This document shows positions 18,549-26,104 of a DNA stretch of 64,000 nt, in pieces. Numbering within the stretch: the stretch's first letter is position 1; every line of letters starts with the position of its first letter. The stretch is from a virus (Duplodnaviria; Caudoviricetes). The stretch lies in IMG/VR virus record IMGVR_UViG_3300021254_000035, positions 2,420 to 66,419 of that record; one strand, written 5' to 3'. The translations under genes were made by a program, and so were the position numbers. The notes beneath the pieces are model-generated. The model did not search any database and was not told the DNA's origin. It was given only the letters and a program-made list of their open reading frames with translations.

Positions 18549-19466
18549 TCAAATCTTTTCTATTCCGAAGTAGTCCATGAGGAACTGCTTGCAATCAATC
18601 TTGCCAAACATATTTTCGATAGCATTGTGGAAATCGTCGTAGCTGGAGAAGAACACATTGCGCACAAACACCTCGTAGTGAGACTTGAATTTCTTCTTGG
18701 TTTTCTTCAGATTGTGAGTGTTCCACCATATCTCGCCATTGCGTAGCCAGAACTTCACCAGACGGGGATTCGCCTTGAAGTCTGCCAACCCTCGGTCTGA
18801 CTTCTGCGGACAGCCCATGCAACCGAGCCGACACTTGGGGCAGAAGTTGCCGTCCTTGTCGTAGTACAGCGGATGGCACTTGATGCCTCGCTGACGGATG
18901 AACTCGGCCACGTCTGCGTCAGTCCAATGCAGAATAGGCAGGAACACTTCGACGTGCTGTTCCTTCGAGTAGAGTCGGCACACCGTCGGCTCTTTGTACA
19001 GCTTGGCTCGCTTGGTCGATTCGGAGCGTCGGATGCCTTGCACGGAGCGGTCGAGTATCTTGTATTCCTTTAATTGGGTACAGCAGAACCGCCGAATGAA
19101 GTTCGGGAATCCCTTCTCCTGAATGACTTGCGCAAACGACTTGCGCCTAACTACCTCCACGCCGTTCTCCATGCAGTGCTTGATGGTGCCCGGTGGGTCG
19201 ATGGTCGTATTCTTGTAGATGGCTCGGTATTTGATGCCCGCCATTCGTGCAAGTTCCAGTATCACGTCCGAATCCTTGCCGCCGCTGTACGACACCTCAA
19301 TAGGCTGGTCGCTGTCAGCAGCAGCCGTGCGCAACAACCACAACGCCATTTCGATTTTCTTCTCCAGCGGTTCGTCTTCCGGCTTTATCTTCTTTGTCCG
19401 TTTCTTCTTCGGCTTGCCCTGCTGGGGTAGGTCGTCGAATAGGTCAAGTTGTACGTATTCGTTCAT
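18549..19466 (-). CDS. PAPS reductase family (PP-loop) protein
   Basis: SYSGGKDS, RRFCC, GIRRSES..RA, PILHWT and RLGCMGCP motifs; visibly more GC-rich than its flanks. Confidence 0.85.
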   Translation of the reverse strand: MNEYVQLDLFDDLPQQGKPKKKRTKKIKPEDEPLEKKIEMALWLLRTAAADSDQPIEVSYSGGKDSDVILELARMAGIKYRAIYKNTTIDPPGTIKHCMENGVEVVRRKSFAQVIQEKGFPNFIRRFCCTQLKEYKILDRSVQGIRRSESTKRAKLYKEPTVCRLYSKEQHVEVFLPILHWTDADVAEFIRQRGIKCHPLYYDKDGNFCPKCRLGCMGCPQKSDRGLADFKANPRLVKFWLRNGEIWWNTHNLKKTKKKFKSHYEVFVRNVFFSSYDDFHNAIENMFGKIDCKQFLMDYFGIEKI

Positions 19467-19516
19467 GAGATATACATTTTCAATCAAATCCTTTCTCTTT
19501 GAGTAGCTTGGAAGAA

Positions 19517-19816
19517 TCACTTTTCTTTTCCTAATTCAAACCAACTTTCTTTTTCTTCCACTTCCTCCTTAACGAAGTCAATGTACTCCACACTGATCCT
19601 GTCAGCATCCACATCTTCCCTTAACAGCTTTCTTAGCTTTGCTGGAGGGAATACTTGCTTCCATCTGAGAGGACAGAAAACGGTGTAGTTTGCACCTTTC
19701 TCCGTAAGGTCATCAATTCTGTATGGAAAGCCATAACTCGATACAAAGCCTGATGTTTCCATTTTGAACTTTTTGAGTTCTTCGAGGCTATTGATGTTTA
19801 TTTTTCTCATTTTCAT
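19517..19816 (-). CDS. Hypothetical protein
   Basis: Start MKMRKININ at 19816 preferred; the upstream extension of the tracked ORF crosses structured RNA. Confidence 0.5.
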   Translation of the reverse strand: MKMRKININSLEELKKFKMETSGFVSSYGFPYRIDDLTEKGANYTVFCPLRWKQVFPPAKLRKLLREDVDADRISVEYIDFVKEEVEEKESWFELGKEK

Positions 19817-19836
19817 CACTTTTTTTTCGTTAATAT

Positions 19837-19935
19837 AAAGGTCTGAATACGGCAAAAGGGAACACCTATGTACTAATCGCGAAATTTCCACTGGCTGATA
19901 CCTTTTGATGCGCAATCCGCTTGTTTCAGACCTTT
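19837..19935 (-). ncRNA. Structured RNA element immediately 3' of tRNA-like RNA 1
   Basis: AAAGGTCTGAA/TTCAGACCTTT 11-bp closing stem, with an inner CAAAAGG/CCTTTTG stem. Confidence 0.5.
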
Positions 19936-19936
19936 G

Positions 19937-20052
19937 TGGAGAGGAGTGGATTCGAACCACCGACCCTTGGACTTACTATAAGGTCTTCTCGGGATATGTA
20001 CACTACCCGTGCCTTATATCGCCATCGCTCTTCCCGGCTGAGCTACCTCCCC
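19937..20052 (-). ncRNA. tRNA-like RNA 1 with an extended anticodon arm (116 nt)
   Basis: Acceptor GGGGAGG/CCTCTCC + A; D arm GCTC-AGCCGGGAA-GAGC; T arm GGTGG-TTCGAAT-CCACT. Anticodon loop replaced by stacked stems TATAAGG/CCTTATA and CGGG/CCCG with a 12-nt loop. Confidence 0.75.
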
Positions 20053-20479
20053 GTTTGCCCCATAAGTCTCGCATATATGCCAATTCTATTCGCTTGGTTA
20101 GGATATACAGGTATCTCTCCATTGCTTCGAGCTGATTGAGGAGTGCTGTCTGTTCCATATCTGGCAGTTTGCGGAATTCCTGTGAGAAGGAGAATTTGCG
20201 TCCTTTAAGATATCTTTGGCTTACTTCTTCTTTCTCGATCAGCATTCGGTCGTAGAAATTCTCAGAAGGTTTGTAGGCACGCTCAAATACTTCCTTTGGT
20301 GACCATGAGCGGTAGTTGTCACCATTCTCACCGTATTCTACCAGATAACCGGGTGTGATGTCACGATTCTCGACGGATGGAATGTCAATGTGACGGTTAA
20401 GTACTTTCTCGGCCTCGCCAAGAGTCATCGGACAAGCCTTTACGGTCTTAGTCCCTGTGAATTGTTTCATTGTGTTCAT
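20003..20479 (-). CDS. Two-domain small phage protein (GTK..KA.PM/GYLVEY/SWSPKEVFE domain plus crAss001_48-like helical hairpin)
   Basis: Motifs recognised by eye; the last 16 codons overlap tRNA-like RNA 1. Confidence 0.65.
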   Translation of the reverse strand: MNTMKQFTGTKTVKACPMTLGEAEKVLNRHIDIPSVENRDITPGYLVEYGENGDNYRSWSPKEVFERAYKPSENFYDRMLIEKEEVSQRYLKGRKFSFSQEFRKLPDMEQTALLNQLEAMERYLYILTKRIELAYMRDLWGKRGGSSAGKSDGDIRHG

Positions 20480-20481
20480 AA

Positions 20482-20658
20482 TTATTGTTTTGAATTGTTG
20501 TTTGTTTCCTTATAATTACCATTACATAATTCAATCAGCTTCGGTCTCTCCCATTCGTCGAACCTGTCACAGAAATAGAATCCGTTACCGAAGCCTTCTG
20601 GCCATGTTTCACAGAACACCCAGTGGATACAGTTCTTGCAAAAGTTAACCTGTGCCAT
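20482..20658 (-). CDS. 58-aa Cys/aromatic-rich protein (absent from the ORF track)
   Basis: Hand-translated MAQVNFCKNCIHWVFCETWPEGFGNGFYFCDRFDEW...; starts immediately after the upstream stop. Confidence 0.5.
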   Translation of the reverse strand: MAQVNFCKNCIHWVFCETWPEGFGNGFYFCDRFDEWERPKLIELCNGNYKETNNNSKQ

Positions 20659-20895
20659 CTATATCTCTATTTTCTCGCCAGTGACCGCACTGATTTTCAC
20701 CAGCACGTTCAGGGTTGTGTTACTGTTGCGATTGATGATCTCCTTCAACTGCGACGTTGAGAGCTGCAGCAGGTTTGCCAGCTGTTGGCGCGACAGGTGC
20801 CGACGGTTCATGTATTTCAGCAACACTGTTGATACGCGAGTGCGTATCTCCAGCTGCCGCTGCTCAAAGCCGTAGTTATCGGTGATCTTTGTCAT
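20659..20895 (-). CDS. XRE-family HTH regulator
   Basis: LSRQQLANLLQLSTSQLKEIIN.NSNTTLNVLVKIS. Confidence 0.8.
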   Translation of the reverse strand: MTKITDNYGFEQRQLEIRTRVSTVLLKYMNRRHLSRQQLANLLQLSTSQLKEIINRNSNTTLNVLVKISAVTGEKIEI

Positions 20896-20897
20896 AG

Positions 20898-21344
20898 TCA
20901 GGATATCTGGTATTCGAAAACATCCATTATCTTAGTCTCTTCAACCTTGGCGATCACATAGTCTATCATCGTGCCGGACATTACCTCCACAATGTTTTGC
21001 CTGGCATTCTCAAACGATGAGGCTTGAACAAGGTAGTACACGTTGGTACGCTTCTCCTTCTCGCTCTTCTCATCCATGGTGATGAACTGGAGCCTTGCCT
21101 TATACCACTTGTCGGCAGCTGCTTCATCAGAGAAGAAGATCTCCTTATACACTGCAGGGTTGATGTTCGCTACGTCGAACTCACCGCTGATGTACGACTT
21201 CATCTCTTCAATGATGCGTGCTTCAGCTTCTGTGAAGCTCAGTGCATCCACCACGTAAGTTTCTCTCACTTTCTTCTGACTGTTCTCAAGCGTCTTCTCG
21301 TACTGGATGATGCATTCTTTCCATGTTGATGTTCTTGTTCTCAT
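20898..21344 (-). CDS. DUF4494-like protein
   Basis: ETYVVDALSFTEAEARIIEEM, KWYKARLQFIT.DEKS and LVQASS motifs. Confidence 0.75.
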   Translation of the reverse strand: MRTRTSTWKECIIQYEKTLENSQKKVRETYVVDALSFTEAEARIIEEMKSYISGEFDVANINPAVYKEIFFSDEAAADKWYKARLQFITMDEKSEKEKRTNVYYLVQASSFENARQNIVEVMSGTMIDYVIAKVEETKIMDVFEYQIS

Positions 21345-21547
21345 TGCTTTGTTGTTTTATTAATTTGTTTATATAGTTCCTTTAACTTCAAAAACTTCTT
21401 TTTTGTGGTCAGTCCCAAAATATCATTCGGAAACGATTCTTTCAGGAACTTATAACGTTCAAGTGCCTCCTTATAGTTCGCACAGGGTGACTCCAAATGA
21501 TCAGGATTACCCCAGTGGAACTCATCGTATATCACATATTCTGCCAT
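21341..21547 (-). CDS. Hypothetical protein
   Basis: Coupled ORF in the early operon. Confidence 0.5.
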   Translation of the reverse strand: MAEYVIYDEFHWGNPDHLESPCANYKEALERYKFLKESFPNDILGLTTKKKFLKLKELYKQINKTTKQ

Positions 21548-21549
21548 GG

Positions 21550-22140
21550 TTACCCCTTTGCTATTCTTCTAAGTGTTCTCTTGTTGTGGTCTGTGACTGG
21601 ATCTGAAACGAAGACCTTACCGACATTTATCTTCACTGATTCAGGAACATGTTTCATGTAGTCTTTCACAACAGCAATAAACTGATCAAGCGAGCGCACA
21701 AGTTCATAACGGTTTCCTGAAGCCTCGTAGAACTTCTGGAACTCCTTCTGAGCTGGTGACTGGTTATTGGTCTTTCCATATTTTAGTTCAATACCAAGGT
21801 TACAGAAAAAGATATCATCTCCAGAAAACCCCATTGATATTTCATTACAGGATAAAAAAGCCTTTTCTGGATAAAATGCAGGTAGTGCAAGAATAAGATC
21901 GGGAACACCTGGAACCACGCCGCCTGCGGCATCGATTGCAATGCGCCTTGATCTCGTTGAAGACTCGTTCTTTGCATGGAAGAGGAGCTTGGTAAATGCA
22001 GGGTACTGCATGCGAAACCATGTTACGCACTGGATCTGCAGGCTAGATTCTCTCTGTACCTTACGTACTGGCTGTCTTGTGTCGTTGTTGCTGCAAGCCG
22101 CCTTTCGGTCGAGCATGCTGATGATATCTTCGTTATACAT
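21550..22140 (-). CDS. VRR-NUC family nuclease (resolvase-like)
   Basis: ESSLQIQCVTWFRMQYP, GVVPGVPDL, IELK and QSPAQKEFQ motifs. Confidence 0.8.
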   Translation of the reverse strand: MYNEDIISMLDRKAACSNNDTRQPVRKVQRESSLQIQCVTWFRMQYPAFTKLLFHAKNESSTRSRRIAIDAAGGVVPGVPDLILALPAFYPEKAFLSCNEISMGFSGDDIFFCNLGIELKYGKTNNQSPAQKEFQKFYEASGNRYELVRSLDQFIAVVKDYMKHVPESVKINVGKVFVSDPVTDHNKRTLRRIAKG

Positions 22141-22141
22141 A

Positions 22142-23233
22142 TTAATGGCGATTTAGAATGTTGTTGATGTATGATATATCTTGTTGTGTCACCTTGACAT
22201 CTGGATTATGCTGAGGCTTTGGTGGTGGAGTAGGAGGTGAGGACTGCGGTTGAGGAGGTTGCCAGTTGATTCCATATTGCCTTAACGTGCCCGATTTCCA
22301 TGCATTGACCACCGTTTTATAGACTGATGATGTTGGATCCTCTTCGGCCAGACGGATGTTTCCTAACCAACGATTTCTCGTTTCTTCGTATTTGCGCTGT
22401 TCAGCAGCTTGGCGTTCCTCCTTGGTTGGTACGGTGAAATCCGTTGTTTCCACATGCTGAGGCTTTGTTTTCTTGGCAGCTGGCTTTGAAGAGTAGTAAC
22501 CTGAGAGGATGCGCTCGTAGTTTGCCGTTGTGAAGATCCACAAGATATCTGGTGTCCATCCGCTGGGTGCTGCTCCAGTGAGCCATGCTGATTGTTTGAG
22601 CTGCTTGAAAACTGTATCCAGTGATCCGCGTCCAAACATTTCCAGACACTGCCTGATTGCAAGTCTCGCATTGAGTGTTAACCGCTGGCAAGGACGGAAG
22701 ACGCTTTCAAAGTCAGCGTTGTATCTCCTCTTGATATTAGCGTATTCTTCTTCGCTTATAAGCAAATCCTCGCGCGTGTGAGTGTGTAATATATTATCTT
22801 CTTGTATTCTTATATTCTTACTATGTTGTTGCTCGAATGTTAGTTGATTGTTATCCGTTTGTTGTTCGTTTGTTGATTCACTCTCAAAAAGGGTGTTGTT
22901 TCCTTGGTAAACGTCATATTTACAAATAGTTATCAACGTAAAAGCGTTTGTTGAACTAACAAGAATCTCTCCAGTGCGAGTGAGCCGTTTTACGATTGTC
23001 CGCATCTGCTGGATGCTTATCTTCTCATTCTTACTGCTACCGCTAAGATTTTCAGTGAGATCCTTCAAGGAGGTGACAAGTGATCCACGACGCACAGGAA
23101 TACCACGATACTCTGAATCCTGCGTGTTGGCATTGATGATGAGCCAAAGCATCACCTTCAACATGTTTCCGTCCTGGAACCATCCCCAGTCTTGTATCTT
23201 GCGATAGAGTTTCACGTAACCTTTCTTTTGCAT
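22142..23233 (-). CDS. Replication initiator (lambda O-like)
   Basis: GYVKLYRK.QDW.WF...LWLIINAN..RGS.VTS..L winged-helix N-terminus; WTPDILWIF.TANYERILSGYY C-terminal motif. Confidence 0.75.
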   Translation of the reverse strand: MQKKGYVKLYRKIQDWGWFQDGNMLKVMLWLIINANTQDSEYRGIPVRRGSLVTSLKDLTENLSGSSKNEKISIQQMRTIVKRLTRTGEILVSSTNAFTLITICKYDVYQGNNTLFESESTNEQQTDNNQLTFEQQHSKNIRIQEDNILHTHTREDLLISEEEYANIKRRYNADFESVFRPCQRLTLNARLAIRQCLEMFGRGSLDTVFKQLKQSAWLTGAAPSGWTPDILWIFTTANYERILSGYYSSKPAAKKTKPQHVETTDFTVPTKEERQAAEQRKYEETRNRWLGNIRLAEEDPTSSVYKTVVNAWKSGTLRQYGINWQPPQPQSSPPTPPPKPQHNPDVKVTQQDISYINNILNRH

Positions 23234-23337
23234 GGAGGTATAACTGAATGTTCAACGTATCGTCCAAGAGATTTACACCATCTGCCGTTTATGGCGTTTG
23301 TACCATTCGGGCAAATCATACACTCCCTGTTACACAT
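23212..23337 (-). CDS. Small Cys-rich protein
   Basis: MCNRECMICPNGTNAINGRWC..YVEH...PPC; start 23337 overlaps the upstream stop. Confidence 0.55.
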   Translation of the reverse strand: MCNRECMICPNGTNAINGRWCKSLGRYVEHSVIPPCKRKVT

Positions 23338-23515
23338 TATCGTATCGTCTTTTGGGATTCTCGCGTTGCTCTTCAATATGCTTGCGCACGCCAAAGTGTA
23401 TCAGGAGTATCACTGCAAGTATGCCGATGGCAGTACCTTGCAAACCGTCGATTGTTGCGCTCATGAGGCTGAGCATGGCCGTAGTTGCGATTGTCTTCAT
23501 ATCTTCTTTCTTCAT
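23330..23515 (-). CDS. Small membrane protein
   Basis: MKKEDMKTIATT..., with a hydrophobic segment; starts 13 nt after tRNA-like RNA 2. Confidence 0.5.
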   Translation of the reverse strand: MKKEDMKTIATTAMLSLMSATIDGLQGTAIGILAVILLIHFGVRKHIEEQRENPKRRYDNV

Positions 23516-23527
23516 TGGTCTTATTTG

Positions 23528-23657
23528 TCCCCCTGGTCGGAATCGAACCGAATCCTCCGAAATGCATGTTCCCTGAAAACAATCACTAAACCTCAAATAT
23601 CAAACATGACACATCTTTAACCATTTCGGTGCTCTTGCCAAAGAGCTTTTCAGAGGG
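23528..23657 (-). ncRNA. tRNA-like RNA 2 with an extended anticodon arm (130 nt)
   Basis: Acceptor CCCTCTG/CAGGGGG + A; D arm GCTC-TTTGGCAA-GAGC; 8-bp stem CCGAAATG/CATTTCGG enclosing a 57-nt insert; T arm TCGG-TTCGATT-CCGA. Confidence 0.75.
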
Positions 23658-23660
23658 AGG

Positions 23661-23718
23661 TAAAAAAGAGGCACAGGTTAAGATAAAAAGATTGGATTAT
23701 TGAGAATGCTGTGCCTCT
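23661..23718 (-). terminator. Large-loop terminator/attenuator upstream of tRNA-like RNA 2
   Basis: AGAGGCACAG/CTGTGCCTCT 10-bp stem, 32-nt loop, followed by a T-run on the minus strand. Confidence 0.65.
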
Positions 23719-23819
23719 ATGGTTTACGGTTTTCACAAACCACATCGCCAAAAACTAACCTAAATATGAGTTTTATAAATAATAAGTACGCACACGCCTG
23801 TGCTTGCGATAATAAAAAG

Positions 23820-24038
23820 TTATACTACTCGGTGTTTTGAAATGTATTTATCCAGATCGTCCTTTCGGATCAGCGCGAGCCCACCTACCTTGTACCAAGG
23901 AAACTTTGCATCATTGCACAACGTCTTAACATAATCAACAGATGTACCAAGATAATTGGCAGCATCTTTTCGAGTGAACCAGACCTTGTTGATGGCCTGT
24001 GTCTTGGCTATAGTCAGGATGGGGTATTTCATGATCAA
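23820..24038 (-). CDS. xis: Excisionase-like HTH_17 protein
   Basis: WFTRKDAANYLGTSVDYVKTL....FPWYKVGGLALIRKDDLDKYI. Confidence 0.7.
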   Translation of the reverse strand: MIMKYPILTIAKTQAINKVWFTRKDAANYLGTSVDYVKTLCNDAKFPWYKVGGLALIRKDDLDKYISKHRVV

Positions 24039-24047
24039 AAGAGTTGA

Positions 24048-24245
24048 TTAATCAGATAAGATAATTTTCATTGTTTCTACGCCACCGTATGTGGAAAGAG
24101 CCAGCCGACGAATCTGCTGAGCGTTCTCTGAGTCCGATTTGAATGCCAGGGCATTCCACACTGTTGACTTTGCTACGCCTACTGCTTTGGCTAGTAATTC
24201 AACATTTTTTGGCGGGATTTGAATAATTTTTTTCTTTCTTGCCAT
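24048..24245 (-). CDS. cro: Cro-like regulator
   Basis: 65-aa HTH (LLAKAVGVAKSTVWNAL), divergent from the repressor. Confidence 0.7.
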   Translation of the reverse strand: MARKKKIIQIPPKNVELLAKAVGVAKSTVWNALAFKSDSENAQQIRRLALSTYGGVETMKIILSD

Positions 24246-24264
24246 AGATTTCGAATATTATTAT

Positions 24265-24272
24265 TATATTTG
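24265..24272 (+). promoter_or_regulatory. Bacteroidetes -7 box (TAnnTTTG) for the repressor transcript
   Basis: TATATTTG in the AT-rich cro/cI intergenic region. Confidence 0.55.
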
Positions 24273-24328
24273 CAGTCCGCAATCACTTTTAGAGTAGTTG
24301 TAGAGCGGTTTAGGATTGATTTATGTTG

Positions 24329-24336
24329 CAAATATA
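24329..24336 (-). promoter_or_regulatory. Bacteroidetes -7 box for the leftward early transcript
   Basis: CAAATATA on plus (TATATTTG on minus); adjacent inverted repeat ATAGTCA (24334) / TGACTAT (24364) is a candidate operator. Confidence 0.55.
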
Positions 24337-24428
24337 GTCATTATTACCGAATGATGGTATTTTTGACTATGTTATTTATACATTGTTATGAGATATTTGG
24401 AGATATTAAGAATTAAAATGACGTAATT

Positions 24429-25163
24429 TTGCAGATGGATGACTTTAATATGAAGATAATTGATGATACTGCAAACGAAAAGATCCTTCAGGATGAAGAA
24501 AGAAGGAAGAGAATAGGCAGGCTTATAGAAATGGAAGGCTTGTCCCAAAGGAAGTTTGCGCTTAAAATTGGAGAGAATTATGGTAATTTCAACAAAATAA
24601 TGTTAGGTGCAAGGAAGGTTCCAAACAGTCTTCCTGCTAAAATCGCAGAGGTCTTTACTGAAGTTAGGCTTAACTGGCTGTTGTATGGAGAAGGCGAGAT
24701 GTATAAAGGTGACCAGCATCTAGCTGAAGCTCAGGCTTTGAAAAGGCACATGGATCAGCTACCCACAAGACCGCGATTACCTAAGAGCATGTCAGAAGGC
24801 CATATCGAACAGTATTACGGGAATGGAAAGAAAAGGGTTCTTTGCCAAGAGGAACCTATTGTAACCCAGTTCTCAGACTACGATTTTAGTTTGATCATGA
24901 AGAACAATCGTATGTCGCCAAAGTATGAAAGAGGTGACGAGATTTTCTTTAAGAAGGCTTCGTTCCCAGAATGGGGTAATGATTTTCTGTTGGATACCGA
25001 CGATGGCCCAAAATTCAAGCGTATTTTTGAAGCCACCAATAAAAAGGGTGAAGAATGTGTGAGATGTGCTTCATACAACAGTGAGGAGTTTCCTGACTTC
25101 TTGATCAAAAGAGATCTTGTTCACGAGTATTACAGGTGTGTTGGTGTGTTGAGGATATTATAA
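24429..25163 (+). CDS. cI: CI-like repressor (HTH plus S24 peptidase-like domain)
   Basis: LSQRKFALKIGENYGNFNKIMLG..NWLLYGEGEM; C-terminal NNRMSPKYERGD...FKR. Start uncertain (24435 or 24450 likely). Confidence 0.8.
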   Translation: MQMDDFNMKIIDDTANEKILQDEERRKRIGRLIEMEGLSQRKFALKIGENYGNFNKIMLGARKVPNSLPAKIAEVFTEVRLNWLLYGEGEMYKGDQHLAEAQALKRHMDQLPTRPRLPKSMSEGHIEQYYGNGKKRVLCQEEPIVTQFSDYDFSLIMKNNRMSPKYERGDEIFFKKASFPEWGNDFLLDTDDGPKFKRIFEATNKKGEECVRCASYNSEEFPDFLIKRDLVHEYYRCVGVLRIL

Positions 25164-25192
25164 GAAACAAAACTATTTATAACGTTTATTTT

Positions 25193-26104
25193 ATGAGAAG
25201 AAGCGTATTTTTGATCATTGTATTTTGCATGCACGTATTTTGCTATGCACAATGCTGGCTTGGCGTGTTGAAAAATGATGCCAATATGTTTTCGGAGGCT
25301 TCATCTGAAAGTGATTTTATTATTCGGGTTAAAGATAATTCTTCAGTATTGTTTGACAAAAACACACACAAGAACGGATTTTATTATGTGTATTCAGTAG
25401 ATGATAAACTTTACGGTTATATCAACGCACGTAATATCAAATTGGTCAAAGAATTTGATTGTGATGACTCTGAGTCAATCATCGAATCTATAGAAACGGA
25501 ACATGAGGAGGATGAATCTGTCTATGATGAAGTGAATAGTAACGATCAAGAAGACGAAAGTGAACCTATTATTGATTCTGACAATGACATAGATACACAC
25601 GTTGGCGAACTATGGATTGGATATGCAAAAAGAGATGTTAATCTACGTACTTCACCATCAACAAACAATGTACCGTTAACAACAATTCCAGCTGGTAGTG
25701 TGTTGGCGTTTGATATAACCTCACTAAAAAATGGGTTTTATTACGTCTGCTACATAGACAAAGATATGTTTGGTTATGTGTCACAGCAATACATAGGAAA
25801 AAACAGAGTAATAAATGAAGAGTATGTTGAGCTAAACGAGTCTTCTGAAGAAGACTACTCTGATTGTGATCCAGAACTCCATATTAAGAATGATGCAAAT
25901 GTTAATATGACATTAAGGGTAAACAACAAAGTGAACTACCCATTCAAAGCACATGAAGAAAGAACGATAACAGTTCCAGCTGGTACCGTTTCTTTGAGAG
26001 CATCGTCGCCGGGTGTAATACCATTTAATGGTACGTCAAAAGTAGAGAAAGGTTATATATACGATCATGTATTTTACCTAAAAACGATTAGAATGAGAAA
26101 ATGA
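25193..26104 (+). CDS. Exported protein with two SH3b-like domains and an acidic linker (lysogenic cargo)
   Basis: Signal peptide MRRSVFLIIVFCMHVFCYA; NLRTSPST..GFYYV..FGYVS repeats; AT-rich. Confidence 0.65.
   Translation: MRRSVFLIIVFCMHVFCYAQCWLGVLKNDANMFSEASSESDFIIRVKDNSSVLFDKNTHKNGFYYVYSVDDKLYGYINARNIKLVKEFDCDDSESIIESIETEHEEDESVYDEVNSNDQEDESEPIIDSDNDIDTHVGELWIGYAKRDVNLRTSPSTNNVPLTTIPAGSVLAFDITSLKNGFYYVCYIDKDMFGYVSQQYIGKNRVINEEYVELNESSEEDYSDCDPELHIKNDANVNMTLRVNNKVNYPFKAHEERTITVPAGTVSLRASSPGVIPFNGTSKVEKGYIYDHVFYLKTIRMRK

Noticed and set aside
19817-19960. N-terminal extension of the tracked ORF 19517-19960, and tracked starts at 23582/23596
   Set aside because: They begin at GTG/TTG-type or internal codons within structured RNA; downstream ATGs give better gene spacing.
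19937-20052. Ordinary tRNA or tRNA with a group I intron (also 23528-23657)
   Set aside because: No 7-nt loop with U33 can be assigned, and inserts of about 40-57 nt are too short for self-splicing introns. TAT triplets are present but not in a canonical context.
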